Part shown: in pieces, positions 8,676 to 19,327 of the stretch | Position numbering within the stretch: the stretch's first letter is position 1 | Layout: the number at the start of each line of letters is the position of its first letter | DNA from: Minisyncoccota bacterium | GTDB lineage: Bacteria; Patescibacteriota; Minisyncoccia; Phycocordibacterales; Phycocordibacteraceae | DNA length: 57,892 nt | Assembly: GCA_022842585.1 (NCBI GenBank) | Contig: JALHPI010000002.1 | Location: 1 to 57,892, forward strand | Direction of reading: 5' to 3' | Made by a program: the position numbers and the translations under genes | The notes under the pieces: generated by a model | Database searches by the model: none | Seen by the model: only the letters and a program-made list of their open reading frames with translations | Told to the model about the DNA's origin: nothing

Positions 8676-10540
8676 GGTGCGACAACGCCGTTACTACTCT
8701 GATAAGCCGGGTCCGTTTTAAGTTCCGTATCTATGGAAGGGGCCGTAGCATCCACCTGCTTCTGCACGAATCGGTCGAAGCCCGAGATGATGCCGTCGGA
8801 TACCAGTGTTGGACTTGTACCCTTTTGCGAAACGCTTGGCAAGAGTGCGATTTGGAACGCAGCTTCGCGTGATGCTCCAGGCTGCACGTCTCCCAAGTTC
8901 CAGGTCACTTCGCGTGTCGCTTCGTTATACGTTACGCCTCCCTGCGTATTGCCCTGCCCGGTAAAGCGCACATAGGACGGAAGTTTCATCTTCGCCGCAG
9001 TGTTCGCGACCGTGTTCACCGTGTTCCCTGCCGTAAGCAGAACCGTGTACGTCGTCTCCTGGTCGGCAATGGCAGGCCATGGCCCGGTGTTAGTAAACGG
9101 GCCGGTGGTGCGCACGGCGCGCATAGTAAGCGAAAGGTCACTCTGTATTTTTATCGTACGGGTAAGGGTCGAGGATACCGACTCCGGAACGTTGTTTTGT
9201 CCGACGCGGCGACCCGATACCGATACGGAGAGCGCAATGGACGGATTGCGGAGCTGGTTCATGGCGGAACCGGTTTTACTCACGAGCGTGAACGAGCCAT
9301 TCCCCGTATCACCCGACTTAAGGGACCCAAGGCCTGCGACCGTATCGCGGTCGTAACGAATCGTCTTATCAGAAGAGCGGTAGAACCCGTTCGTCACGTC
9401 CACACTCCCCGCATCAAGCGCGTCGCCTGAGAGCTGCACCGATATAGCACCGTCTTGAATCGCAACCGGGAGCGCGTTCGTCCAGGTAAGAAGACCTGCA
9501 ATGGGTTCGCCCGCACGCGCAACTATGCTCGGTGCGTCATCACGGTTCAATCCGAGCGCCACCGTGAAGAACGGTTTCGCAATCGTTACGGTCGTATCGT
9601 TAGCAGTATAGGAAATACCGAAATCCTTCGAAGAGGTGGACTTGAGCGCGCCTGCAGTAAAGCGGAATACGCGTTCTTCTCCGTCTTGTCCGGACAGCGT
9701 TCCGGTTACGCGTATTTCGCGCTCTTCTCCCGGCGCGAGCGTGCCTATCGGAAATAACGGACCCCCTGCGGACGCAGCCGAAAACCCGAACGGATACTCG
9801 GCACGTACCGCGACATTCTCAAGAGACGCGGATGCGTTCGAGCGGACGAGTACCGAGAGCGTAACGGGCTGGCCTGACGCGACTTCGGAAAGCGCGGTAA
9901 CCGTGAGCCCGACCGGTGAGGTGGATATGGTGAATTCGTACTGCGCTTTTTTAACGAACACGGCATTCGAGTTTCCGGTACGATATTCGACCGTAATGGG
10001 TATCGAGATTTTCTGGTTCTCTTTTCCGAAGAACGCTGCGCGGGCCGTTTTTCGCACAGAACCGCCTGCCGGGAGATCATCGAGCGCTTCAGTGTAGTGT
10101 GTGAGTGCCTTCGAAGTATCGTCCGCTTCGGTCGTGCCATCTGGATACTGGAGCGTGAGCGACACGTTCGTCACCGCAACCGGATTTGCGTTCTTTACGG
10201 TCACCAGAAGCGGTATCCCTTCCCCGCCAGCAACCGTCGTAGGGCCTTCAATTGAGATATCCACGTTGTCGGTTGAGACCGAACGGCCTCCGAGGAAGAG
10301 TACGAACGCGGTCACTCCTCCCGCAATGACGAAGAATGTAGCGGCGACGCCGAGGAAAATAGCAGCTCCTGACACCTTAGGTTTCGGAGGCGCAGGCGGC
10401 GGGGGTGCCTTCCAGTGCTCAGCAGTGTCTTTACGCATAGAAGAAAATCCCGACTCGTGCAGAGCAGGTACTGCCGCATTCGCATAGAGCTTCTTTTGGA
10501 GCGTATCGAGCGGGCTGTCGTTTGGTTCCGGCAAAGGCAT
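8672..10540 (-). CDS. Membrane-anchored hypothetical protein with repeated beta-rich (CARDB/DUF11-like) modules
   Basis: 622 aa. Pro-rich linker then one TM (AAIFLGVAATFFVIAGGVTAFVLFLGG), then Thr/Val/Ser-rich repeats. ATGA overlap with glyQS start. Confidence 0.7.
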   Translation of the reverse strand: MPLPEPNDSPLDTLQKKLYANAAVPALHESGFSSMRKDTAEHWKAPPPPAPPKPKVSGAAIFLGVAATFFVIAGGVTAFVLFLGGRSVSTDNVDISIEGPTTVAGGEGIPLLVTVKNANPVAVTNVSLTLQYPDGTTEADDTSKALTHYTEALDDLPAGGSVRKTARAAFFGKENQKISIPITVEYRTGNSNAVFVKKAQYEFTISTSPVGLTVTALSEVASGQPVTLSVLVRSNASASLENVAVRAEYPFGFSAASAGGPLFPIGTLAPGEEREIRVTGTLSGQDGEERVFRFTAGALKSTSSKDFGISYTANDTTVTIAKPFFTVALGLNRDDAPSIVARAGEPIAGLLTWTNALPVAIQDGAISVQLSGDALDAGSVDVTNGFYRSSDKTIRYDRDTVAGLGSLKSGDTGNGSFTLVSKTGSAMNQLRNPSIALSVSVSGRRVGQNNVPESVSSTLTRTIKIQSDLSLTMRAVRTTGPFTNTGPWPAIADQETTYTVLLTAGNTVNTVANTAAKMKLPSYVRFTGQGNTQGGVTYNEATREVTWNLGDVQPGASREAAFQIALLPSVSQKGTSPTLVSDGIISGFDRFVQKQVDATAPSIDTELKTDPAYQSSNGVVAP

Positions 10541-10565
10541 AGTGATACATAGTATACCGCGCGGA

Positions 10566-10692
10566 CTAGAACCGTTTAAAAATGTTCAGATGCGAGGCGC
10601 GGGAGGATGAGGAACGCAGATGTACCGTTTGTACGGCGAAGTGACGAATCGGGTCCCGCAACGAAGCAGGTGGAATTTTTAAACGGTTCTAG
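10566..10692 (+). repeat. Family B structured repeat, copy 1
   Basis: 18-bp perfect closing inverted repeat CTAGAACCGTTTAAAAAT/ATTTTTAAACGGTTCTAG. Core motifs shared with 23088-23207, 51634-51752 and (inverted) 50374-50543. Confidence 0.8.
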
Positions 10693-11255
10693 AGACCGGA
10701 GGCATCGATGCCGCGATTCACACGCATAATGTAGGTACGTCGGTTTTCGATAATGGGCGCAAGCACTTCGTTAGTGTATTCATGCTCTTCGCCTGCGATA
10801 TCCCCCGCATCAAGTCCAAGCGCACGCAAAAGCCTGAGCGCCGCAAGACACTCGGCCGCTTCCGCCTCGGCTTCGGTGAGCGAAGGCAGGACTTCGAGAA
10901 ATCCTCTGAAAATATGAAACGGTGCCCCGTCGTTTGACTCCCCATGCATGAGACGGAGTAGGAGACGCGCGATACGTCCGGCACGACTACGAGCAGAGGG
11001 CGCAAGCGTACTGAACCAATTTTTCCCGAGCACGGCACCCGATAGGCGCCATCCGTCTTTTCCGCGCACGAGTATGGTGTCGCACTCGTACAGGGTCTGT
11101 ACTGCAGGAGCAAGCTTAGCGCCCGGCTTGCGCACGCCTTGCGCACGCGCTTTCACGAGACCGAATTCGTGGGTCAAAAGATAGAGCAATGCGCTTGCTT
11201 CTGCCAAGGGGGACCTCGCAAGGACAATGGCTTCGGCTGAATACCTAGGACGCAT
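10689..11255 (-). CDS. recO: DNA repair protein RecO
   Basis: 188 aa, N-terminal OB region ([21 protein letters not shown]...[12 protein letters not shown]) typical of RecO. Its stop TAG lies inside the terminal CTAG of repeat B1. Confidence 0.85.
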   Translation of the reverse strand: MRPRYSAEAIVLARSPLAEASALLYLLTHEFGLVKARAQGVRKPGAKLAPAVQTLYECDTILVRGKDGWRLSGAVLGKNWFSTLAPSARSRAGRIARLLLRLMHGESNDGAPFHIFRGFLEVLPSLTEAEAEAAECLAALRLLRALGLDAGDIAGEEHEYTNEVLAPIIENRRTYIMRVNRGIDASGL

Positions 11256-14200
11256 TCTTTACGACATCGAACGCGAGCGTGCCGGTAGAAAGCTCGACCG
11301 AGTACGGACCACTTCCCTTTGTTACCGTTACGACGTCTTTCGGAGAAAGTCCGAGCGACTTTCGCGTATCCGCGACCGCGCGTGCAAGCAAGCGTTCATC
11401 GCCAAGCGCGAGCAGTTCCGGGGTAAGTTCCGTATCAAGAGACATGGAAGATGCACCAGTCCGCACCTCCTGTACGTTCACCTCTTCCGCAAGAAGTACC
11501 GCGAGTTCCGGAGAGAGCGTCTCAGATATGGATAGCGAGCGCAGTACCTGACTGACTTTAAGGTTCGCCTTCTGGCGAAGCATAAGCGCTTCGGAGGCAA
11601 CCGAACGGACTTTCGCCATTTGTACGATGAGTTCGGCATCGACTTGTCCACACTCCGGCCACTCACCCAAGTGCACGCTTTCCGGGTCATGTTCATTGCG
11701 CACCATGCCGTATATTTCCTCGGCGAGAAACGGTGAGAATGGCGCGAGAAGGAGCGCGGAAGTCTTGAGAGTCGTGCGAAGTGTTTCAAGTGCGGCAGCG
11801 TCCCCGTCACGAGCGCGGTCGCGTATGCGCCGTACGTACCACTGCGACAAGTCCTCGAAAAGACCTGAAAGCGAACGGGTCGCATCATAGAGTTGGTATG
11901 CATCGAGCGCTTCAGTCATTTCGACTATTACGTGGTTCACGCGTGCAAGCATCCATCGATCAATCACCTGCGGCTCTGTTGACGCTTCGGCAGGAAGCTT
12001 AAACAGTTCGTAGAATTTGGCACTGTTTTCAAGCCAAGAGAGCGCACGTACCGCTTCCTTCACCGTCTTCTCATCAAAGCTCTTTGAGTCTCCTGATTGA
12101 TTCACGGAATACATCCAGAATCGGAGCGTATCCACGCCGTACTGGTCCATCGCTTCCCACGGATTCACCACATTTCCTTTCGATTTACTCATCTTTTGCC
12201 CCTTCTCATCCAACAGGTGTCCGAGACAAATCACGTTCTTATACGCGCTTCCACGGCCCATAAGCACGCCCACGGCAAGCAGTGTGTAGAACCAGCCGCG
12301 CGTTTGGTCTATCGCTTCGCTAATGTAATCTGCAGGAAACCCCTCCCCTTCTATCCATTCCTTCTTTCGGAAGGGATAGTGGTCCTGCGCAAACGGCATC
12401 GCACCGGAATCGAACCACACGTCCATTACTTCTTTTACACGGCGAAGCGGGGTGCCCTTTTCGCTTAGAAGCACCACTTCGTCGATATGCGGACGGTGCA
12501 TATCTAGTTCGTAGCGTTCATTATGCGGCAAGGGTGCAAAAGAAAGCTCTTGTACTTCCGCATTCGCAGGCTCTTTTGAGATTGAGAAATCAGTAAGGTA
12601 CTCGCGTATGGTTATTCCTTGTGAGACAGCGACGAGCATTCGAAACGGGGTACCGTGCGTCACGATGAGCGTCGTTTCGTTTTCAGACGACGCATCAAGG
12701 TCATACAGAAACGCGCCTACGCGAAGCCGGACCTCGTCCCAGCTCTCACCACCCTTAGGCTGGAGCGACACCAGTTCCGGAGAGCTTTCAAACGCTTCCC
12801 GATAGTCTTGGAGCGGACGACCCTCCCACTCACCCACCTGCACTTCGTGTATACGCTCATCGAACACGATGGCGTCTTGAGAGAGACCGAGGACTTCAGC
12901 AACCGCCTCCGCAGTCTGTCGCGCACGCATAAGCGGAGAAGAAATGATGCGCGTGATGCCTTTGTCCGTAAGACTTGCGGCGGCCCGTATGGACTGCGAG
13001 ACGCCAAACTCCGTAAGCGCGCTTGGAATTGAATCGTCGGAGCTTACCCGCTTTGCAACGTTGTTCTCCGACTCACCGTGACGCATCACGAAATAGCGGT
13101 TACCCCGCTTCGGCAGGTGCGCCTTCATTTCCTCAACCGAACCGATGACCAGTCGCTCGGTACCGTCTTCACTCTCCCATATCGGAAGCGGCGTGCCCCA
13201 GTAGCGCTCGCGCGATATCGCCCAGTCTTTGACACCTGAAAGCCACTCCCCCATGCGCCCCTCACGGATATGGTTCGGCTCCCAGTTCACCTTGGCATTT
13301 TCGGCAAGCAGAGTATCGCGCAAATCATGCATGCGGATGTACCACGAATCGCGCGCGTAGTAGATGAGCGGTGTCTTACAGCGCCAACAGAACGGATACG
13401 TGTGCTTGTAGTTTTCCTGCGAGAAGAACAGGTTTCTCTTTTTCAAATCGTCGATGATATCGACGGCCAGGGTCGGCTTCCCTTTCTCATCTTCCTCTTT
13501 TACGAAACGACCCTCAAGGTACCCGGTACCCTTCACGAATTTTCCGTCAGCACCTACTGCATGCACTTTCGGCAGGCCGATTTTCGTTCCAAGGTCGAAG
13601 TCATCGGTGCCGTACATGACCGCGGTATGCACGATGCCCGTGCCGTCAACGGTCGTGACGAAATCCGCCGCATACACTTTGTACGCGTTCTCAAACTTCT
13701 GCTTTTCGGTGTCGCTTGCAAGCGAAGGGAGGAAATCAAAAAGCGCGATGTAGTCCTTACCTACAAGCTCGCTCCCTTTAACTTCTTTAATAATTTTTAC
13801 TTCCTGTTCTTTGAAAATCTTTTCAACAAGTTCCGAAGCGACCACGTAGATACCATTCAACGCCTGTACATACGAGTACGAGATGTCGTTCCCGACCGCA
13901 AGCGCTACGTTCCCGGGCAAGGTCCATGGCGTCGTGGTCCAGGCGAGAAGGTAGGTGCCGGGCGCTTCCACTAGCTCGAACTTCGCCGTGACTGATACGT
14001 CCTTCACTTCCGCATACCCTTGCGCAAGCTCATGGCTTGAAAGCGCGGTGCCGCAGCGCGTGCACCACGGCAGGACTTTATAGTCCTTGTAAAGCCGTCC
14101 ATCGCTATCCACTTTCTTTACGATAGAGAAGAGCGATTCCATATAGGGCGCATCAAAGGTGAAGTACGCTTTCTCTTGGTCAACCCAGTACCCGATGCGC

Positions 14201-14604
14201 TCCGTAAAGCGGCTCCACTCATCGATGTACTTCATCACGCTCTCGCGGCACTTCGTATTGAATGCGGCAATGCCGTACTTCTCAATGTCCGGCTTTCCGG
14301 AAAACCCGAGTTCCTTCTCTACCTCAAGCTCAACCGGAAGCCCGTGCGTATCCCAGCCGGCACGGCGTGGCACCCGATAGCCGCGCATGGTCTTATAGCG
14401 CGGAATAGCGTCCTTAAAGGAGCGGGATTCAAGGTGGTGTATGCCGGGGCGACCGTTTGCGGTTGGCGGTCCTTCGTAGAACACGAACTCGCCTTGTGGC
14501 GACGGTTTCTCGACAGAACGCTCGAAAATCTGGTTTTCCTTCCACCAGGTCAATATGCGTTCTTCGCGCTTTGCAGCATCTGATTGGTGGGGTGTTTCGG
14601 CCAT
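11245..14604 (-). CDS. ileS: Isoleucyl-tRNA synthetase with an internal histidine-phosphatase (PGAM-like) domain insertion
   Basis: 1119 aa, class I motifs and CP1 editing domain ([11 protein letters not shown]), KMSKS. About aa 500-698 carry [16 protein letters not shown] and THG motifs. Confidence 0.95.
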   Translation of the reverse strand: MAETPHQSDAAKREERILTWWKENQIFERSVEKPSPQGEFVFYEGPPTANGRPGIHHLESRSFKDAIPRYKTMRGYRVPRRAGWDTHGLPVELEVEKELGFSGKPDIEKYGIAAFNTKCRESVMKYIDEWSRFTERIGYWVDQEKAYFTFDAPYMESLFSIVKKVDSDGRLYKDYKVLPWCTRCGTALSSHELAQGYAEVKDVSVTAKFELVEAPGTYLLAWTTTPWTLPGNVALAVGNDISYSYVQALNGIYVVASELVEKIFKEQEVKIIKEVKGSELVGKDYIALFDFLPSLASDTEKQKFENAYKVYAADFVTTVDGTGIVHTAVMYGTDDFDLGTKIGLPKVHAVGADGKFVKGTGYLEGRFVKEEDEKGKPTLAVDIIDDLKKRNLFFSQENYKHTYPFCWRCKTPLIYYARDSWYIRMHDLRDTLLAENAKVNWEPNHIREGRMGEWLSGVKDWAISRERYWGTPLPIWESEDGTERLVIGSVEEMKAHLPKRGNRYFVMRHGESENNVAKRVSSDDSIPSALTEFGVSQSIRAAASLTDKGITRIISSPLMRARQTAEAVAEVLGLSQDAIVFDERIHEVQVGEWEGRPLQDYREAFESSPELVSLQPKGGESWDEVRLRVGAFLYDLDASSENETTLIVTHGTPFRMLVAVSQGITIREYLTDFSISKEPANAEVQELSFAPLPHNERYELDMHRPHIDEVVLLSEKGTPLRRVKEVMDVWFDSGAMPFAQDHYPFRKKEWIEGEGFPADYISEAIDQTRGWFYTLLAVGVLMGRGSAYKNVICLGHLLDEKGQKMSKSKGNVVNPWEAMDQYGVDTLRFWMYSVNQSGDSKSFDEKTVKEAVRALSWLENSAKFYELFKLPAEASTEPQVIDRWMLARVNHVIVEMTEALDAYQLYDATRSLSGLFEDLSQWYVRRIRDRARDGDAAALETLRTTLKTSALLLAPFSPFLAEEIYGMVRNEHDPESVHLGEWPECGQVDAELIVQMAKVRSVASEALMLRQKANLKVSQVLRSLSISETLSPELAVLLAEEVNVQEVRTGASSMSLDTELTPELLALGDERLLARAVADTRKSLGLSPKDVVTVTKGSGPYSVELSTGTLAFDVVKNAS

Positions 14605-14835
14605 ATTTTCTTATCCTATCGTCTCTCGTCATAAAAGAAAACGCACCCTTGGAGTAAGGGAGCGCCATTTGAGGGCGGGGCCGGCAGCAGAAGGGGAACG
14701 CGTTCTAAATTACCGCACTTCTGCTGCCGGAACCGGGAGTACGAAATCTTTTTATCGGTTTCAGATGATAACACCTTTGGCTTACGAGCCGATTCATCCT
14801 ATCCGTCCAAAGACATCGTATCCACTGGCACCCTA

Positions 14836-16482
14836 TCACATCCGCTCGGGCGTAGGAATACCGAGGAGCCGCAGCCCATTCTCCATCGTGGTGGCAAACG
14901 CTTTCGCGACCTTTTGCTTATACGCCTCTTCCCTGCTTCCAAGCACCTGTTCGGACGCGTAGAAGGAATTCCATGCCGATGCAAGTTGGGTGAGGTACTG
15001 CGCGACATAGTGCGGGGCATGCTCGCGCGCGGCACGTGCAGCGACTTCGGGAAACCGTATGAGTAGGCGCTCAATTGCGTACGGTTCGGCCGGCACTTCC
15101 TGCCCTCCTGTGCTTTCACTGTATGAAAGTATTTTCCGTGCACGCACGAGCGCATACTGGAGATACGGTCCCGACTCCCCTTCAAGCGAGAGTGATTGCT
15201 CTGGGTCAAATACAATGTCGCCACCTGCGGCTTGGCGCAAAATCATGTATTTGATTGCGGCGACTGCGACCTGCTCAGCGACGAGCGGGTCCTCGTTCTT
15301 CTCTCTCGCTTTTTCAATCACTTCGGAAAGTAATCCGCGCGCCGTTACCGTGTTCCCTTCGCGCGAGGACATCTTCCCGGTCGTAAGACGCATGAATCCG
15401 TGCGGGATGTGGTGCGTCTTTTCACCGAGTGCTGGCGCGATGTCTTCAAGCGCCGCTTTCACCACATTGAAGTGCCCGATTTGCTCCGCCGCCGTGAGAA
15501 TGTAGGAAACGTCCGAGGGCCAGCGCTCTTCCTTGTAAAACGCGAGTCCGATTTCTTTCGCTTCATAGGTGGGCGTGCCACGGCTCGTAAGGAACACGAG
15601 TGTGTGGAGCCCTTTCTTCTCCCCTTCGTATATAACGGCGCCATCACTTTCCGTAAATACTCCGCGCGAAAGCGCTTCTTTCACTTTTTCAGTTCCGAGA
15701 GCGGCGGTATCACTCTCGAAAAAGTAGTAATCGAATTTCGTACCGAGCACCCCATACAGTTCGCGAAACGCTTCAAGACATACCTCGCGTGACTTGCGCC
15801 AAAGGTTCATCAATTCCGCATCTTCGCCCTTGTATATCTCGACATTGAGCGCATCTATCTCTGCCTTCGCTTCCTCGCTCGCTTCATACGCCTTGCTTCC
15901 GTGCGCGTACGCTTTGTCCACTTCAGCAGCATTCGCGACGTCGGTTACACCATCGCGGCGAAGTGCCCAGAGCGCCTTCGCCACATGCGGACCCACGTCT
16001 CCCCCGTAGGAGTCGCGCGCAATCGTCGCCCCTGAGCTCTCTATGACACGTGACACGGCTTCGCCGATGACGGTACTCATGAGGTGCCCGATATGCATCT
16101 CTTTAAATGGATTCGGACACGAGTACTCGACGATGATACGCTTTCCGTCTTGCTCCGTTCCCCTTCCCCACGACTCACCCTCTTGTACGGCACGCGCTAC
16201 TTGCGCACGAATCGCATCTTTAGAAAGTTTGATGTTTATGAAACCCGGACCCGCAATCATAACGGACTCGACGTCCGCTCCGAGTTCTTTTTGTATACGG
16301 GGCGCAAGTTCTTCGGCGAGCGCTTTCGGATTTTTCCCGAGCGCCTTGGCTCCCGCGAGTGCCGCGTTTACGGCAAAATCGCCATGCGACATATCCGCAG
16401 GCCATTCGACCGCAAACCGGATATCGCTTGCGCCAAGAGTGGCGAGCGCTTTTTCGGTCGCCCTTCGTATCTTTTCTTCCAT
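14836..16482 (-). CDS. argS: Arginyl-tRNA synthetase
   Basis: 548 aa, N-terminal Add-1 domain, HIGH variant (MHIGHLMSTVIG), DALR anticodon-binding C-terminus ending ...PERM. Confidence 0.95.
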   Translation of the reverse strand: MEEKIRRATEKALATLGASDIRFAVEWPADMSHGDFAVNAALAGAKALGKNPKALAEELAPRIQKELGADVESVMIAGPGFINIKLSKDAIRAQVARAVQEGESWGRGTEQDGKRIIVEYSCPNPFKEMHIGHLMSTVIGEAVSRVIESSGATIARDSYGGDVGPHVAKALWALRRDGVTDVANAAEVDKAYAHGSKAYEASEEAKAEIDALNVEIYKGEDAELMNLWRKSREVCLEAFRELYGVLGTKFDYYFFESDTAALGTEKVKEALSRGVFTESDGAVIYEGEKKGLHTLVFLTSRGTPTYEAKEIGLAFYKEERWPSDVSYILTAAEQIGHFNVVKAALEDIAPALGEKTHHIPHGFMRLTTGKMSSREGNTVTARGLLSEVIEKAREKNEDPLVAEQVAVAAIKYMILRQAAGGDIVFDPEQSLSLEGESGPYLQYALVRARKILSYSESTGGQEVPAEPYAIERLLIRFPEVAARAAREHAPHYVAQYLTQLASAWNSFYASEQVLGSREEAYKQKVAKAFATTMENGLRLLGIPTPERM

Positions 16483-16505
16483 TGCCCCTATACTAGCAAA
16501 TCGGC

Positions 16506-17765
16506 CTAGATAAAGGACTCGGGTACCGGGTGGCGTCCTGACAGGTCCGCAATCTCTTTCTTCGCCTTCCCTACCGTTACCTCATCGCGCTTCTTCAATA
16601 CTTCAATCATGAGTTCGGCAACACGGGTACAGTCCTTCTCATTAAAACCGCGCGTGGTGATGGCAGGAGTGCCGAAGCGAATACCGGACGGGTCCATTGG
16701 TTTGCGCGTATCGTCCGCAATCGAGTTCTTATTGAGCGTGATGCCCGCCTCGTCCAAAAGCTTCTCGGCATCGCCTCCGGAAATCTGGTAGGAGGTCCAT
16801 ACGTCCGCAAGCACAAGGTGATTGGAGGTTCCACCCGTGATGAGGCGTGCGCCGTCGGCAAGGAATACGTCTGCCATGGCTTTCGCATTCGTAATGACAT
16901 TCTTCGCGTACGTTTCAAACGACGGGTCGAGCGCTTCCTTGAAGCACACTGCCTTTGCCGCAATCGTGTTCATCAAAGGGCCGCCTTGAAGGCCGGGGAA
17001 AATGGACTTATCTATCTTCTTCGCGAGCTCTTCGCTGTCGCGGGTGAGAATCATGCCGCCACGAGGACCACGGAGCGTCTTATGGGTCGTCGTCGTCATG
17101 ATGTCGAATCCGTAGTCAAACGGATTCTTGACCGCCTTCCCCGCAATGAGCCCCGCGATGTGTGCAACGTCCATGACGGGAATAGCACCTACTTCGCGTG
17201 CGATGTCCACGAACTTCTGGTAGTCGAGCTCGCGCGGATACGCGGAGTAGCCGGCAAGCAGAATCTTCGGCTTGTGCTCTTTGGCAACTGCACGCATTTC
17301 CTCGTAGTCGATTTCACCCGTATCGACATCCTTCATCTTGTAGCGGATGAAGTTGAAAATCTTCGTAAGGTACGTCACCGGATGTCCATGCGTGAGGTGT
17401 CCTCCGTGAGAAAGGTCCATGCCCATGATGGTGTCTCCCGGCTCAAGGAGCGCGAAGTACATGCCGACGTTCGCGGGCGCACCTGCGTGCGGCTGCACGT
17501 TCGCGTACTTGGCACCGAAGAGTTTCTTGGCGCGTTCGCGTGCAAGGTCTTCGACGATGTCGGTGTACCTCTGTCCTCCGTAGTAGCGCTTGCCCGGATA
17601 GCCTTCCGCGTACTTGTTCGTGAGTACGGATGAGAGCGCTTCACGTACCGCAAGCGATACGTAGTTTTCCGAAGGAATGAGCTCTATACCGGTCCGTTCG
17701 CGCTCCTCCTCCCCCTCTATCGCGTCAAACACTTCCTTATCCTGTGCTTCGATGTAGTCGTACAT
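16506..17765 (-). CDS. glyA: Serine hydroxymethyltransferase
   Basis: Internal ATG MYDYIEAQDKEVF... ELIPSENYVS and TTTTHKTLRGPRGG (PLP lysine) motifs. Confidence 0.95.
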   Translation of the reverse strand: MYDYIEAQDKEVFDAIEGEEERERTGIELIPSENYVSLAVREALSSVLTNKYAEGYPGKRYYGGQRYTDIVEDLARERAKKLFGAKYANVQPHAGAPANVGMYFALLEPGDTIMGMDLSHGGHLTHGHPVTYLTKIFNFIRYKMKDVDTGEIDYEEMRAVAKEHKPKILLAGYSAYPRELDYQKFVDIAREVGAIPVMDVAHIAGLIAGKAVKNPFDYGFDIMTTTTHKTLRGPRGGMILTRDSEELAKKIDKSIFPGLQGGPLMNTIAAKAVCFKEALDPSFETYAKNVITNAKAMADVFLADGARLITGGTSNHLVLADVWTSYQISGGDAEKLLDEAGITLNKNSIADDTRKPMDPSGIRFGTPAITTRGFNEKDCTRVAELMIEVLKKRDEVTVGKAKKEIADLSGRHPVPESFI

Positions 17766-17772
17766 AGTCGGA

Positions 17773-18459
17773 TTATACAAGCAGGGCCGAGACCGCTTTA
17801 TACACATCCTCATGTATGGCTTCGGGTGAACGGAGTGCGCCTTCTTCGGTGCACTGTATAGTCTTCCAGTTGTCACCTTGAGAGAGACGCTCTGCAGACT
17901 CAAAAGAGCGTTCGAGATACATGCGGTCTTTCTCGACGACATCCTGCGCTTCACCGTTCAGAGCCTGATTCTTCGCCTCGCGCTCTTTTGAAAGAAGCTC
18001 GAGCGAGCTCTCTACCGGCACGCGCAGATATACGACCGCGCTTGGACGCGGAACGTTGAGTACCTCATGCTCCATCGTATCTATCCATGACAAGAACGCG
18101 TCGCGCTTAGCTTGGTCAATAATTTTTCCGCCCTGATGTATCTGGTTCGAGCTCGCGAAGCGGTCGGCAATCACCACTTTCCCTTCGGCAAGCCACGTAA
18201 GGATTTGCTCGGATGCTTCGTAGCGGTCGAGCGCATAGAGGGTTGAAGCTATTTTCGGGTCGAGGTGGAGGAAATCCCCATGCTTCCCTGCAAGACATTC
18301 CCCAAGGAGCTCGCCGAACAGGGGCGTGCCGTAGCGCGGGAAGTCTATCTTCTCCACCTGCTTCCCTTCACGGGTGAGGCGCTCGGCCAAGAGGCGCGAT
18401 TGCGTCGCCTTCCCCGAACCGTCGATGCCATCGATAACCACAAATGCGCCGGTATTCAT
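17773..18459 (-). CDS. tmk: Thymidylate (dTMP) kinase
   Basis: [16 protein letters not shown]-loop, DRY motif. Confidence 0.9.
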   Translation of the reverse strand: MNTGAFVVIDGIDGSGKATQSRLLAERLTREGKQVEKIDFPRYGTPLFGELLGECLAGKHGDFLHLDPKIASTLYALDRYEASEQILTWLAEGKVVIADRFASSNQIHQGGKIIDQAKRDAFLSWIDTMEHEVLNVPRPSAVVYLRVPVESSLELLSKEREAKNQALNGEAQDVVEKDRMYLERSFESAERLSQGDNWKTIQCTEEGALRSPEAIHEDVYKAVSALLV

Positions 18460-18482
18460 GGGTGGTAGTATACGGGAAACCT

Positions 18483-19316
18483 ATGGAAAAAACCTATCTT
18501 GACCTGCTTCAAAAAGTCATGGACGAGGGCGTAGACCGGAGCGACCGGACCGGAACCGGTACGCGCGCACTCTTCGGGCAGACAATGCGGTTTGACATGA
18601 GCAAAGGCTTCCCTGCGCTCACCACGAAGAAACTTGCATGGAAAGCGGTGCGGAGCGAGCTTCTCTGGTTCCTTGAAGGAAGCGGGGACGAGAACCGATT
18701 GAAGGAGTTGAACGGAAGCGACAAGACCATTTGGAGCGCAAACGCGGAAGCGCCGTACTGGAAACCGAAAGCGAAGTTCGATGGTGATCTCGGGCGCGTA
18801 TATGGCGTGCAGTGGCGTGCGTGGCAAAAGCCCGACGGCACTACCGTCGACCAGATTGCGGAAGCGATTCGCCTCATTAAGGAAGAACCGACGAGCAGGC
18901 GCATCATCGTAAACGCCTGGAACCCAGGCGAGCTCGACCAGATGGCGCTTCCGCCTTGTCATATGTTCTTCCAGTTCTTCGTCGCAGACGGCAAACTCTC
19001 GCTCTTCATGCATCAGCGGAGCTGCGATATGTTCCTTGGCGTGCCATTCAACATCGCTTCCTATTCCCTTCTCCTCCATATGGTCGCGCAGGTAACGGGA
19101 CTCAAAGCGCATGAGTTCGTGCACTCACTTGGCGATACGCACATTTACAACAACCACTTCGATGCCGTGAAAGAACAGCTCGCACGCGAGCCGTACCCAT
19201 TCCCTACTCTGAAGTTAAACCCGGAGGTGAAGGATGTCTTCAGCTTCAAGATGGAGGATATCGAGCTTGAGGGGTACGAGTCACACCCTGCCATAAAGGC
19301 AAGCATGGCGGTATAA
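18483..19316 (+). CDS. thyA: Thymidylate synthase (ThyA type)
   Basis: Internal [15 protein letters not shown]... RTGTGT and [11 protein letters not shown] active-site Cys motifs. Confidence 0.95.
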   Translation: MEKTYLDLLQKVMDEGVDRSDRTGTGTRALFGQTMRFDMSKGFPALTTKKLAWKAVRSELLWFLEGSGDENRLKELNGSDKTIWSANAEAPYWKPKAKFDGDLGRVYGVQWRAWQKPDGTTVDQIAEAIRLIKEEPTSRRIIVNAWNPGELDQMALPPCHMFFQFFVADGKLSLFMHQRSCDMFLGVPFNIASYSLLLHMVAQVTGLKAHEFVHSLGDTHIYNNHFDAVKEQLAREPYPFPTLKLNPEVKDVFSFKMEDIELEGYESHPAIKASMAV

Positions 19317-19327
19317 TCCCCCTACCT

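Noticed and set aside
14605-14835. T-box riboswitch upstream of ileS.
   Set aside because: There is no AGGGUGGNACCGCG T-box sequence and no convincing Stem I specifier architecture. Only a generic terminator and hairpins could be supported.
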